Of a DNA stretch of 64,000 nucleotides, positions 22,561-33,805 are shown piece by piece; the stretch's first letter is position 1; each line of letters begins with the position of its first letter. Location: NCBI GenBank assembly GCA_004431415.1, contig QPMI01000227.1, forward strand, positions 92,645-156,644, written 5' to 3'. Source of the DNA: Cyanophora paradoxa CCMP329 (lineage: Eukaryota; Plantae; Glaucophyta). Made by a program: the position numbers and the translations under genes. The notes below the pieces were generated by a model, which saw only the letters and a program-made list of their open reading frames with translations, had not been told where the DNA came from and did no database searches.

Positions 22561-25063
22561 ATGGAGTCGTTCTCGGGGCTGGTTGAGGAGCGCGTGGCGG
22601 CTGAGGTCCGTCCCCTGCCGACTCTCCCGTTTAGCAGCCGCGTGCTAACGGCGTCGACGCCTCGCAGCTCCTCCGGCTCGGCTTCAGCACGCACGAGCTT
22701 GTTGTATCCGGAGTTAGCGCCGGTCTGCCGAATGCCGGCAGGGCCGTCCCTGTCTGTGATCCGGAGAACGTGATGCGGCTGATGCGCGGAGAGAACTTCA
22801 TCGTGCAGCTAGCGGACTCGCGCAAGCGCGAGCAGCTTGAGATGAATGTAGTTCAAGTGGTTAAGGACACAGCGACGGGCGAGCGCAAGCGGCACGTCAT
22901 CTCGGGCGTGCACGAGGTGTTGCAGGTGGCTGGAGTCATCGGGGACCTTGACCTCTGCGCCGAGTACGGCATACCGCCGCACATCGTCGAGACCCTGGAC
23001 TCCACGTACCAGCTCGCTATAGCTGCTGGACTCGAAGCGTTAGCGCATGCCGGCATCGAGCTCGACACGCACCACGTGCCCACAGAGCACGGCAACCCAC
23101 ATCTGAAGCATCCCAAGCGGCGGTGGGGCCCACTTCCAGCGGCTCTTCAGGCCTCGACCGGTGTGATTTTCGCGTCATCCTTCCCAGCTCTGGATTCGAT
23201 GGTGGAAGAGGTCTCGCGCTTCGTCGCTCACCGCCTGACGGAGTCGTCGAGGAAAGGCATCATTGAACGCTTGTCTGCATATTCGAAAACGCGCGCTGGA
23301 TCCGAGCAACCGTCCGATGCGACGGCGCAGCTCGAGTCGTACTTGCAGTCTCTGACGGTCGAGCCATCTGGGGATGAAGCGTCCATGCCCGGCTCTTACT
23401 CTTTCAACAGAAAGCTTCTTTTCCAGGTTCGCATAATTTGTTTTTCTCTTGGATTCTCTGTCCGAGAGCTTACGCCTCTTGCAGATCCTGGTCATGGCAA
23501 ATGCACAGTTAGCAGAGCTGATTCATGCTCGCGGGTAGCCTTTTTGGTTCTTGTTCGGATCGTTCAAGCGCTGACATTAGGTACACGTGCAGGCCAAACA
23601 CGCAGATCAATGCTGCCTGTGCATCGACTGCTCAGGCCATTGCTTTGGCTGAAGGTGAAGTGGGCCAGAGGGCTTGTCGTGTTCTCGTTGAATTTTTATA
23701 TTCTTGTTCCAGATTGGATTCGTGTTGGACGGTGCGAGCGGGTTGTCGTAGTTTCCGGCGACAACGCAACATCGGACAACCTTCTCCGCTACATAGGGAC
23801 TGGTGCTGCGCTGATTGCGCATATGACTGCACGCACTTCTCCTCACGAAGTGGTTCCAGGCTTCATGGCCCTTGGAGCTGCCTGCACACAGGCAGAAGTG
23901 GAGGCAGCCGCCCTTCCCTTCGATGCGCGGCGGTCGGGCATGGTCCTTGGAGCCGGTGCAGTTGGTCTCGTCATCGAAAGCGAAGTTGCAGCGCTACGGC
24001 GCGGCGCTCGGCCACTGTGCCGGCTGCTGGGAAGCCACATCGCCAATTCAGCATTTCATGCTTCACTTCTCGACGCAAAACACATCAGGTGCAACTGGAC
24101 TCCCTTGCGTTACCTTGACTCCTGCTGACCGAGTTTTCAGCTCAGAACTTGACGTGTTCTTGACACGCATGGAACGCCGTCACGGCATTTCGCGATCCGA
24201 CATCGCAGACAGGTGAATATATGATCTTCTCCTTTTTTTGCAGCATCCTTACGCATTGTCACAGCTGCATATACATGAGCCATGAAACTTTTACATGCGC
24301 ACGAGGTGGATGCGCCAAGGTGGAGATTGATGCTCTCCGCTCTGCCTTTCTGCGGTGTCCTGGTGGTATCTCCCGGATTACTATTGCCAACACCAAGGGC
24401 TTCACAGCGCACCCGATGGGTGTTGGGATTGAAGGTTGGCGCACCTCTGTCTTTGTCGGCGTACCATCTTGTTTACAAAGCTGCAGATGCTGTTGCGGTC
24501 GAGTGCTTGCATCACAAACTTGTACCTCCCATCGCAAATTTTAAGCAATCGTAAGAACGGTTTCCTTCTCATGGGCTTCGGGGTTGAACTTGATCTCGAT
24601 CTCAGTGATCCTTGTCTTGGGGGAGACCTTAATCTTTCGCATGGAGGCCACCTGGATGCACGCTTCTGCTTGCGGTTTGCAGCTGGTGTGTAGATTCCCT
24701 TCCTTCCGTTTTCGGGCTCATGCAACCTCCTTCAATGATCAATAACCGCCAGGATTTGGGTCTCACTTCGTATATCTTCTCTACGCGTCGTACTCTTCAC
24801 CGTCGCCTTCTGCTCTTCGGGCCCTGGCCGTAAGCATGACTCATTCTCGTGGATGTAATTTTCTCAGTTTCTCGCAGATGGAATCGACTGCTCCCCAAGG
24901 GGCAGCTGCCCTCGCTGCTGAGCCCGACTCAGAGCCAGAGCACAAGAAGCACGTGCGACATCACCACAAGCCTCACCACTACGATTCACATCATTTCCAT
25001 GAATCACATCTTAACCTTCAACCAAAAAGCTTCATTTCAACTCCAGGCCTGGCCCAGCCTTAG
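22561..25063 (+). CDS. Stand-alone beta-ketoacyl synthase (PKS/FAS-type KS), multi-exon
   Basis: [10 protein letters not shown], catalytic [51 protein letters not shown]. Confidence 0.88.
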
Positions 25064-25856
25064 CTCCTCAACGTTGGTGTTTTCATTTAAGCTGCTCTTT
25101 ACACTGTAGCTGTATCTCACCAGCAACATGGCTGTCGTTTCTGGAAAAGACAAGGTCGCAGCCATAGAAAAGCTCTGCTACAACAGAAATGCATGCATTC
25201 GACGTGCCACGAGATGTCAGCTGGCTGTTTCAATTCTTTGATCATGTAAATCTACTGCGGGCTGAGTAGGCAAATCGCCATTTAAACAGCTGCCGCAGTG
25301 CACCAAGTCCGAGATCGCTGAGAGAGTCGAAATCGAAAATATGAATAATATTCTCTACTTCCGAGTTCAATTCTTTGATCATATAATCTTGTCAGCATGC
25401 GCAGATCGACGCTCGCGATCGCGATCGAGCTCTACAGAACGATACTATGATAACTAAGTACCTGTGATCATGATCATCATGGCATGATCATGATCATGAG
25501 CGTGTGCCCTCTGAACGCTCTAGATCTAGCCGCCTGAGCTATATATACATATATAGAGAACGAGTTTTTGTGCTGCATCAAATCTATCAAGTTATTAGCC
25601 AGTAGAACGTTTCAAACTGAACGGAGTTTGCGTCACGCCCCGCCCATTGTTAACTTCTTCCGCCAATGAAATTAGCCCAGCGCAAACTTGAGCTCGAACT
25701 TGGCCTCGTACACAGTGGCGTACACACGCGGCCACAACGGTCACAGTAACGGTCAGCAGGCCGGCTTGCTAGTCAGCTTCCCTCGGCTAGGCCGGACTAG
25801 CTAGCTTCCCGCCATCGCGCACGCCCGAGCGCGAGCATTCCTGCACGCCGCCGTGC

Positions 25857-27761
25857 ATGAAGCAGTCAAAGCGAAAGGAACCCAGCCTCTGGGATGACGG
25901 CTTCGACGAGGCCCGACGTCGGCACCGCTGGCACGGCAAGCGACCCGACAGCAGCAGCTCGTGGGCCGGCAAGGGCAACATGAAGCGTGTCAACAAGATC
26001 ACTCAGCAGGCGCGCAAGGCGAAGGAGCCCAAGCTCCCTGACCTCGACATCCTCAAGGGCGAGCACCCCGCGGCAACGGTCCGCTGCCTGGACACCAGCG
26101 GCCGCGCCTACCACGTTCGCCTTGGCGACTTCGTCATCTGTTCAGTTAGCTCAGACACCCAGCTGTGTCCAGAACTCAGCGTCGTTCGCCCGAAGCCCTT
26201 CCATTTCCCGCGCCCAGGTGAAACGATTTTGGCGCGAGTCGAGGCGAGTTCCCAACACAGACGAAGGCGAAGCGCGGCGACTTCAACTACTCCGTCAACG
26301 GCGTCATCCTTCGGCGCTTCGTGCGCCCGGAGGACTCCGATGTGAAGGACTGCGGGCTCGGCAGCGTGATCATCAAGGCAGACGGGAGCAGGCAGCCGTG
26401 GCCATCGCAAACCACCTCATCTACTACTCGAACGTGACGGTCCGCCCGCCGCGCCCGCGCCCCGTTCCAGCGTCCGATGCCCGTGCGCGCAGGTTCACGC
26501 ACCCGCGAAGGTGGTGGCCGCGGACGAGTACAAAGCCCTCAACACGCCGATCCCCACATCTACGTCTGTAAGCAAATCATGACGTTCCCGGGCGACGGCT
26601 CCTTCCAGTTCGACGTCGCCCTCGCCTTCAACGCGAGGCTCAAGCGAGTGGCGAAGAAGAAGATGGCGTGCTTCCTCCGGCCGCTGTCGAGGCCGGAGGA
26701 GCGCGTGGAGGCGATTGGCTACCTTCAGGACGCCGCGCGAACGCCCTCAAGCGCCGGAAGACCGGACGCAGCTTGTCAACGTCAAGATCCCGGTGGCCGG
26801 GCCGGCAATGTTGGTCTGCGGCTCTTATGACTCGTTCGAAGTTCTTTTTCCTATCCTCTAACGGTGCGCATCGCAGGAGAACATCGTGGCGCAGGTCGCG
26901 CACGTCGCCACGCCCATCGACCCGAAGACGGGCCAGCCGATCCGGTTGACAAGCTGCCGGCGGCGAATCGCTTCGTTATCGAGCTTCCGGACCGCGAGAC
27001 CGCTGCTGGTGGAAGCCGCTTCCTTTTTCCCGCTCGCTGTTCTTTTTCCGACCTCTTTGCAGCTGTTCTCGGTCCCTCCGGCGTGGCGCAAGCGTCCAAG
27101 CGCGTCTGCAAGCGGGACGCGGACGGGAAGGCGATCCGGAAGCACAGCGAGATGCAGACGTCACCGTCGAGAAGGCGTACGGCGGCTTAATCGTGCCGCG
27201 CCACACGGGCTCCCATGACGTCGTCCAGTTCGACGAGCGTGCGCCCGGCCGCCCTCGCCGCGCCGCTCGCTTACGAAGCTCTGCTCCTTGGGCGCGGCAG
27301 GTCCCGGTCGGATCGTGGCCACGAAGCGCTCGGGCAGGAAAGGTGGGCACGTCACGCTCGAGCTTCCGAGCTACGAGTACGGCCCGACGGCGAGCGCATC
27401 GCCAGCCTCGCGGGGCCCTCGCGGCTGTCCCGTGAAGCGCCCGCGCCGGTGCCGCGCCGGCGCCAACACCGTCGCCAAGGCGCCGCCTGTCCCGAAGCAG
27501 CCCCTTCAGAACCTGCCGCCGCCGCCCTGCCGGCCCCGCCGCCGCCCTGCCGGCCCCCGCCGTCGCCGCCCCGCGGCCCCGCCGCCGCCGCCCTGCCGGC
27601 CGCCGCCGCCGCCGCCCGCCGCCCGCCCCGCCGGTCGCCGCCCTGTCGGCCCTGCTGCTGCTGCCCACCGGCCGCTGCCGCCCTACCTGCCCCCGCCGCA
27701 TCCGCCTCGGTCCCCAAGTGCGCCCCTCCCCTCGCCCCCGCTCGGCTACTTGCTCGCCTAA
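25857..27761 (+). pseudogene. BAH-domain protein, frameshifted (element cargo)
   Basis: YHVRLGDFVIC...GETILARVE...RRFVRPEDS...HLIYYSN...KVVAADEYKA...IYVCKQI matches the BAH pattern, spread across frames and introns; 3' end approximate. Confidence 0.6.
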
Positions 27762-27938
27762 TCCTGCAGCAGGAAGGATCGCGCGGCACAGCTCGCGGCC
27801 GCGGTGGCGGCGCGCAAGAGGGCAAAGTCGTGAAGCTGCTACTGAGAATCGCACTATCTAGGTTACAAGGTGCGCTATGTCTGGTCCAAATCCATTTCGT
27901 CTATTTCCCCTCCGCTAGATCGTCTGCTAGAACCTCTG

Positions 27939-30900
27939 CTAGGGCCTATCATCGAAATCGAGCATGTTGGCGCCCTCATCCTCCGCCTCCATCTCCTCCT
28001 CCGCCTCCTCCTCTGCCTCGGCGTCGTACTCGGCGGTCTCCTCCTCCTCCTCCTCCTCGTCCCGCTCTCCTCGGGCACTCGTCCTCCGGCACCGGATCCC
28101 CTCCTGCAGCTCAATATCCTCGTCGATCTCCTCCTCGTCCGCAGGCAGGGCACCGCTGCCACCTCCTCGCCCCCGGCGGCGCCGCCGCCGCCCCTTCGCC
28201 TGCATAGCCGCTGACCGGTGGGGACGGGCCGCAGGTCGGGGGATGAAGGGCCCATCTGGCCAGGCCTTGGCGGCGACGGGCGCGTCGTACTCGGCGTGGC
28301 AGCGTCCTTCCCGCCGGCGCTCGCCTCCGTCATGTTCCGCATCCACAGCGCCAGGCGCCGCCGCTGGTGCGTCATGATCTGCTTGAGCATGTCGAGGTCC
28401 TTGTTCCACCGCCACCGAGAGACGTGACGGTGTGTCGCAGGCGCCGAAGGAGGCCCATGTAGGACTCGATGACCTCGCAGCTCCAACGGCCGGGCGCGTT
28501 CGTGTTGTCGACGCGCGCCAGAACGCGAGGTGCGCAAGCGTCGAGTGCATGTAGCGTGTGAAGATCTTCCATAACGGGAAGTGTGTCTCCATCAGGCCCT
28601 GGAGCTCGGCGACGGCCTCGATAACTTGCTGCCGCGCCTCCTCGTCGGGCTTCATGTTCCGCTCGTACTGGTAGATGATCTGGCGGAGCTGCCAAATCTC
28701 GTGCATGCCCCTCGTCTTCTCGCTCCAGCTCTCCTTACTGTCGCCGAAGCAGATGCTGAGAGGGTGTCGGGCGCCTCGGGGTCCTCCAGGATCTTCTTGG
28801 CGGTGTTGGCGGAGATCTTCTGGAAGAACTTGTAGGTGGCCCCGTTCTCGGTCTTCTCGAACTTGATGTTCCGCGCGTATTTATCGCGAAGATGACGCTG
28901 CAGGTCTTCGATGCGCTTCTGCTGGTCCTCGGAGGCACCACAGGCGAGGGCGAGGAAGAAGTAGACGAAGAACCCGGCCACCCAGCTCTTGATGCCGTGC
29001 AGGGCGTCGTCGAGCCGGACCTGAGGTGCGCGTTGGCGTCCGCTGAGGCGAGGTGTCGCGGGCTTCTCACCTCGACGGCAGCGACGGGCAGCATGCTGTT
29101 CGGGAGCGGCTGCAGGAGGGCGTTGGCGTCGTGCTCGGGGTGCGGATTCTCTGTTCGCTGGCTGGAGGGAGGCCGTCCCGATCCCGCGGCCCTGCTGCGC
29201 GCACGACTTCGACCGCCGAGCACTCGGACCTGCAGTAACGTGAGCCCCATGCCGAATCTCAGCGCGTGTGACTCGGCGAACTGACCCGCGTCGGTGGACA
29301 GAATCGCAGTGCGGGCACAGGTCGAAGCCGAGGAGGACGCGGAGGAACTTGTAGTCGCCCGTCACCAAGAATTCGACCTCGACGGCTTGTCGTGCTCGTA
29401 CCCGGGGATCAGGGTGAGCGGGTTCTCGTTCAGGTACTCGACCATGTCGGCGAGGGGCTTGATGCGTGGGCGCAGGTTCTCCTCGCTGTCGCTACCGCCG
29501 AAGAGCATTAGGGGCAGGAGGGCGTAGCAGCTCTGAACGCCCTTCAGCGGGTGGTACGCCTGCGTCCCGTCCTCCTCGATGACGTAGTAGCCGTCGACGA
29601 TTGCCACGATGCAGGTCATGCCGTCGGTCGTGGAGACGCTCTTCCCGCGGAACGCGATCGTCCCGTCGCCCGCCAGGCGGACTCGAGGTCTGATCTTCTT
29701 CCCCCTGTGCTTGTGCAGCGGGACGAAAGCGCTGATGAGGGCCGACAGGGCGGGCGTCGGCGTGACAGCTCTGCGGGCGGCGGCGCTGCCGCCTCTCCGC
29801 CCGCCGCCGGCGCTGCCGCCTCTCCGCCCGCCGCCGGCGCTGCGCTCGACGGAGGCACAAAGAGCTCGAGCATGACGCCCGGCTTGCCCTTGTTCTCCTC
29901 GTCGCCGACGCCCGCCGCTGTTTCGACGATCTGCACGATCTGCACCGCTCGGTGAGCCTCGTCCCTCACCCCGCCCGCGCGCGCGCGCCGCGCCTTCTCG
30001 AGGTCATCGTTGACCTTGCCCGTAGCTTCGTGATGCAGTGCTTCGACGGGAGGAAGGCTCGCAGCCCCACGAAGTGCTTCTTCAGGGCCTTCTTGAGGAG
30101 CTTCGTGAACTCAAAGTACGTCGCCTGCCCGGGTCGGTTTAGAACGGGATGGGGGGTTAAAACATTCGAGAAAGGGCGCACGTCCGAGATGCAGTGGCGG
30201 TCCTTCCACTCTAGAATCTCGCAGTCGGGGAAGGTGTCCCGCAGCTTCCTGCAGGCGATGCTCATCGCCTTCTTCACTTGCAGCTGACCCGATTTGCTCG
30301 TTTCCAGGGCTCGTTGGGCCTGCGGACGGTGGTTCAGAAAGGTGCTCTTCTCCAACGATTTTGTAGCCTATTAAAGTACGATTCTCGGTAGCTCTTTTTA
30401 TGTATAATAACGCGCACTGCGTGTGGCCGATGATGCTCACGAGGCGGCGTGCCTCCGCCTCCAGCGCCTCCCTCCTCTTCTGATAGGCGCCCTCCTCCTC
30501 TCCTTTGTTCCTGGGGCGCCCTGGATAAGCATGCATATGCCTGCGCGCGCGCCGCCCCGCCTTGTACCTCGCGAAGTTCTTTTTAAACATGGGGAGGCGG
30601 ATCTGGATGTCCGGACTCGCAGCGTTTAGAATCGTCGAGAGCAGCATGCGGAGGAACCGCGTGCGCCGCTGCCTGGACGTATCCGAGCATCCCTTCCCAG
30701 GGACCTGCCTAGCTATGCGCGAGATGGTCGCTGCACGCTGTGCCGAAGTCCGCGGGACCTTGGCGCGCTTCGACTGGTGCTCCTCCCTAAGCTTCTTGTT
30801 CTCCGCCTCAAGCACTGCGATGCGCTCGTCGCGCGCTTTGAGCGTCGCCTTGCGGACGATCCGCTCCTCAGGCGGCACATCTTCCTTGCCGCGAGCGCGT

Positions 30901-31016
30901 TTCGGGGCGGTGCCGGGGCCGGGGGCCGGCCGCGGCGCCGGGCTCGGCGCCTCATTAAGAACTGCATTCGTCTGCTCGCGGCCGGGCAGAGAGCATACAC
31001 TCGTAAGCGCGGGCAA
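27939..31016 (-). pseudogene. RAG1/Transib/Chapaev-like DDE transposase with frameshifts
   Basis: VRLAGDG (D), PLMLFGGSDSEENL, FLVTGDYKFL (D), CPHC, DALH, YMHSTLAH, GRWSCEVIES (E); acidic C-terminal tail. Confidence 0.8.
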
Positions 31017-31017
31017 G

Positions 31018-31536
31018 TCAAGTCATGACATCGAATTTGAATGAGCGGCATACCACGTCGGCGCCGAACGCGCGACGACCGCGCTGCTGCTGCTGCTCTG
31101 GGCTAATCTGAGGCGATTGCGGGCTCGCTGGAGCCGATGGCGACCCGGGTGGCGAAGCTGGAGGGCTCTGCAGGATGCACTGGAGGAACACAGCCACTGC
31201 GGTGGCCTCTTGAAGCGCCGCCGTGCAAGCTAAGCTATGCGGATACAATGGAGACGCAATGCCGCGCGCCTCCAGTTCCAGGTGGGCGTTTCGGCTGTGG
31301 GTGAGCACTGCGATGATCCGCATAAGCGCCTGGTACGCGACCGACGCGTCCGCCATCTCTAAAACGACTGCTGCGGGCGCTGGAAACGTTTGGGGCGCGG
31401 GCTGGGCCGCGGGACGGGGCGCGATGGGTCGCTGCATCGCGCGGGCGGGTTCAAAACTCGGAAAAAAAGATCGCGTGTACCTCCCCTGCCATCTGCGGAA
31501 GCGGCAGCTCCGAGCGCCGCGAGCAAGCATACACAT
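31018..31536 (-). CDS. Hypothetical protein (element cargo)
   Basis: 172 aa ORF with a plausible helical core and Pro/Ser/Gln tail; no recognisable family. Confidence 0.3.
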   Translation of the reverse strand: MCMLARGARSCRFRRWQGRYTRSFFPSFEPARAMQRPIAPRPAAQPAPQTFPAPAAVVLEMADASVAYQALMRIIAVLTHSRNAHLELEARGIASPLYPHSLACTAALQEATAVAVFLQCILQSPPASPPGSPSAPASPQSPQISPEQQQQRGRRAFGADVVCRSFKFDVMT

Positions 31537-31838
31537 CCGCGACAGTTAGGCGCCGAAGAGCAGCAGGCGAGCCCAGCATGCGCGATAATGCGCAATTGCG
31601 ATGCATAGCTACCTTAGGCGAAGCGGCTGGTCCACCCGCGCGGTCCTTGCCGGCCGCGATGCTCGCTCGTCGATATGGGTATGACGCGCTAAGCAAGGGG
31701 AGCATGCCCAGACTGGGTACGCAAACTGCTGAACGTCCAACTCCAGCTGAACGCCCTGCAGCTGGTGGGCCTGAAGCAGCCTCAAGCGTTAGCTATGTCG
31801 CATCGACAGTGTAGCTATGTTAGCTGTGGAGCGAAGCA

Positions 31839-32571
31839 TATGCCCGCTGACTACGTGTCCGAGGAGGAGGACCAGGAGGAGACCATCAACGCGCCGTGCA
31901 ATCGCCCAATGACTTCGTCTGTCATCGAGATCAACAGCAGCGACTCGGAGAGCGATGGACCAGCGGCAGCGCGCCGAGCGCAGGGCGCGCATGAAGGCGG
32001 ACGAGGAGCGCGCGCTCGAGGAGGAGGATGAGATCAGGCGGCGCCACCAGGCAGCTTTGGAGGTCAACCTCGCAATAGAGCGCGACTCGGTGAGGCCATA
32101 CAAGCTGGCCGAGCTCAAGCAGTTGCTGGAGTACGCGCGCGCGTGGATGCGCGAGCACGAGCAGCTGTACGAGCAGTTCGAGGTCGCGCTGGCGCACAAC
32201 AACCTCCTCGAGGCCATTAACCTGCGGTCGGAGATCCGCAAGCACCGCAGCACGGCGCGCTTCTGCGGGCAGGACCCCTCGGGCTCTACGAGGAGGCGGC
32301 CTTCAAGCCTCTCTATGACAACGTGACGGCCTTGCAGCGGCGGGCGGGGCAGATGGAGCATTTCGGCGACAATCTCTTCAAGTGCGCGGAGCACTTCCAG
32401 CGGGTGCGCATCCGGCAGCAGCAGGCGGCGGCGGCGGCGGCGGCGGAGGCGGCGGAGGCGGCGGCGGAGGCGGACGGGGCTGCTGCTGCTGCTCGGTGCA
32501 AGCGCCGCCGCCTGCGTCGCGGCGACGGCGTGCTCGTCTCGCGGCCGGACGATGCCGACGACGAAGCGTAG
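31839..32571 (+). pseudogene. Coiled-coil/acidic hypothetical protein, frameshifted (element cargo)
   Basis: MPADYVSEEEDQEE...ERALEEEDEIRRRHQAALE...; coding-like codon use across three overlapping frames. Confidence 0.45.
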
Positions 32572-32848
32572 CGCCGTTAGCCGCCCCCGCCCCGCCGTTA
32601 GCCGCCCCCGCCCCGCCGGCCCCCGCCCCCGCCCGCCGGCCCCCGCCCCCGCCCCGCCGGCCCCGCCCCCGCCCCGCCCGCCCCGCCCCCGCCCCGCCCC
32701 GCCCCGCCCCGCCCCGCCCCGCCCCGCCCCGCCCGCCCCGCCCCGCCCGCCCCGCCCCCGCCCCGCCCCGCCCCGCCCCGCCCGCCCCGCCCCGCCGGCC
32801 CCGCCCCCGCCCGCCGGCCCCGCCCCGCCCCGCCGGTCGCCGCCCTGC
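32572..32848. repeat. (GCCCC)n GC-only low-complexity tract
   Basis: Nearly pure C/G; flanked by a ~34 bp direct repeat; similar tract at 27510-27740. Confidence 0.85.
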
Positions 32849-33805
32849 CGGCGACGGCGTCCTCGTCTCGCGGCCGGACGATGTCTGCAGCTAGAGTCAC
32901 CAGCTGCAGTCTGCACCTGGCTTGAATACGACAGATTTACTAGTTATTCTGCTATCGTGCGCGCACCGTGGCACCGTGGCACCGTGGCACTCAGTGACTA
33001 CCGAGAGTGGCGGGCGGGCTGGCGGGGCGGGCTGACAGGGCGGGGCGCCTGGCGGGACAGTCGGGGGCCTCCGGGACACTCTGGCAGTCCGGGGGCCTCG
33101 GGAGCCTATTTTCGCGCCATACAAGGCCTCCCCGACCCTGCAGCTGCATAGGAGGCCTTATATAGTGCTTTAAAAAGGTTCTCTAAGCTTTTTTCGATGT
33201 CTCCCAGCTCCTGGGGCGATGGGCCCAATTTGGAAGGGCCAAAAGTCAGCAGAAGACTAGCTGTAACGTAGTGTATAGGCGTATGATGAGTCATATGGTA
33301 TGACGGGTTAAATGGCCCATCGCGGGGCTTTGTGCAGGGCACTAAATAACGCCGTGTGACGCCTCTACATCTTGAATAAAAAGTTCTAATCAAGATACGA
33401 GGCTGCCGTGCTTCAATCGCAAGCCTCGGAGTGCAGATTCCCTGGCAGATCAAAAATTGCGAACGCGATACCGGGGGTCGCCGCGCGCTCGCAGCCTTGC
33501 GAAACCTTGAGAGCGGATAAGATTGCCGCCGACAGCGAGCCCAGCTCCCCGCTCGCAGTGCAGCCGCGCGCTTAAGGCGCCGGCCAGCCACTTGGCCCCG
33601 GCTGCAGCTGCTCCGGCACGGGCGGCCTCAGCCAGCCGGCACCATGCTATCGCAGCTTCAGCCATGAGCCTCGGAGAGGGCGGAAGTCTCCGAGGCTCGG
33701 TCCGCGATCCAGGGCAGGCGTGCGTATGTTCCAAGTTCGCGGGCGAGGGCGTTCCAAGTTATGTTGAGAGCTCTAGCTATGCAGGACGAAGCGAGCGGGC
33801 CGGGG

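Noticed and set aside
26976-28207. Long Pro/Arg/Gly-rich ORFs here and at 31789-33151
   Set aside because: By-products of stop-poor GC-rich low-complexity DNA.
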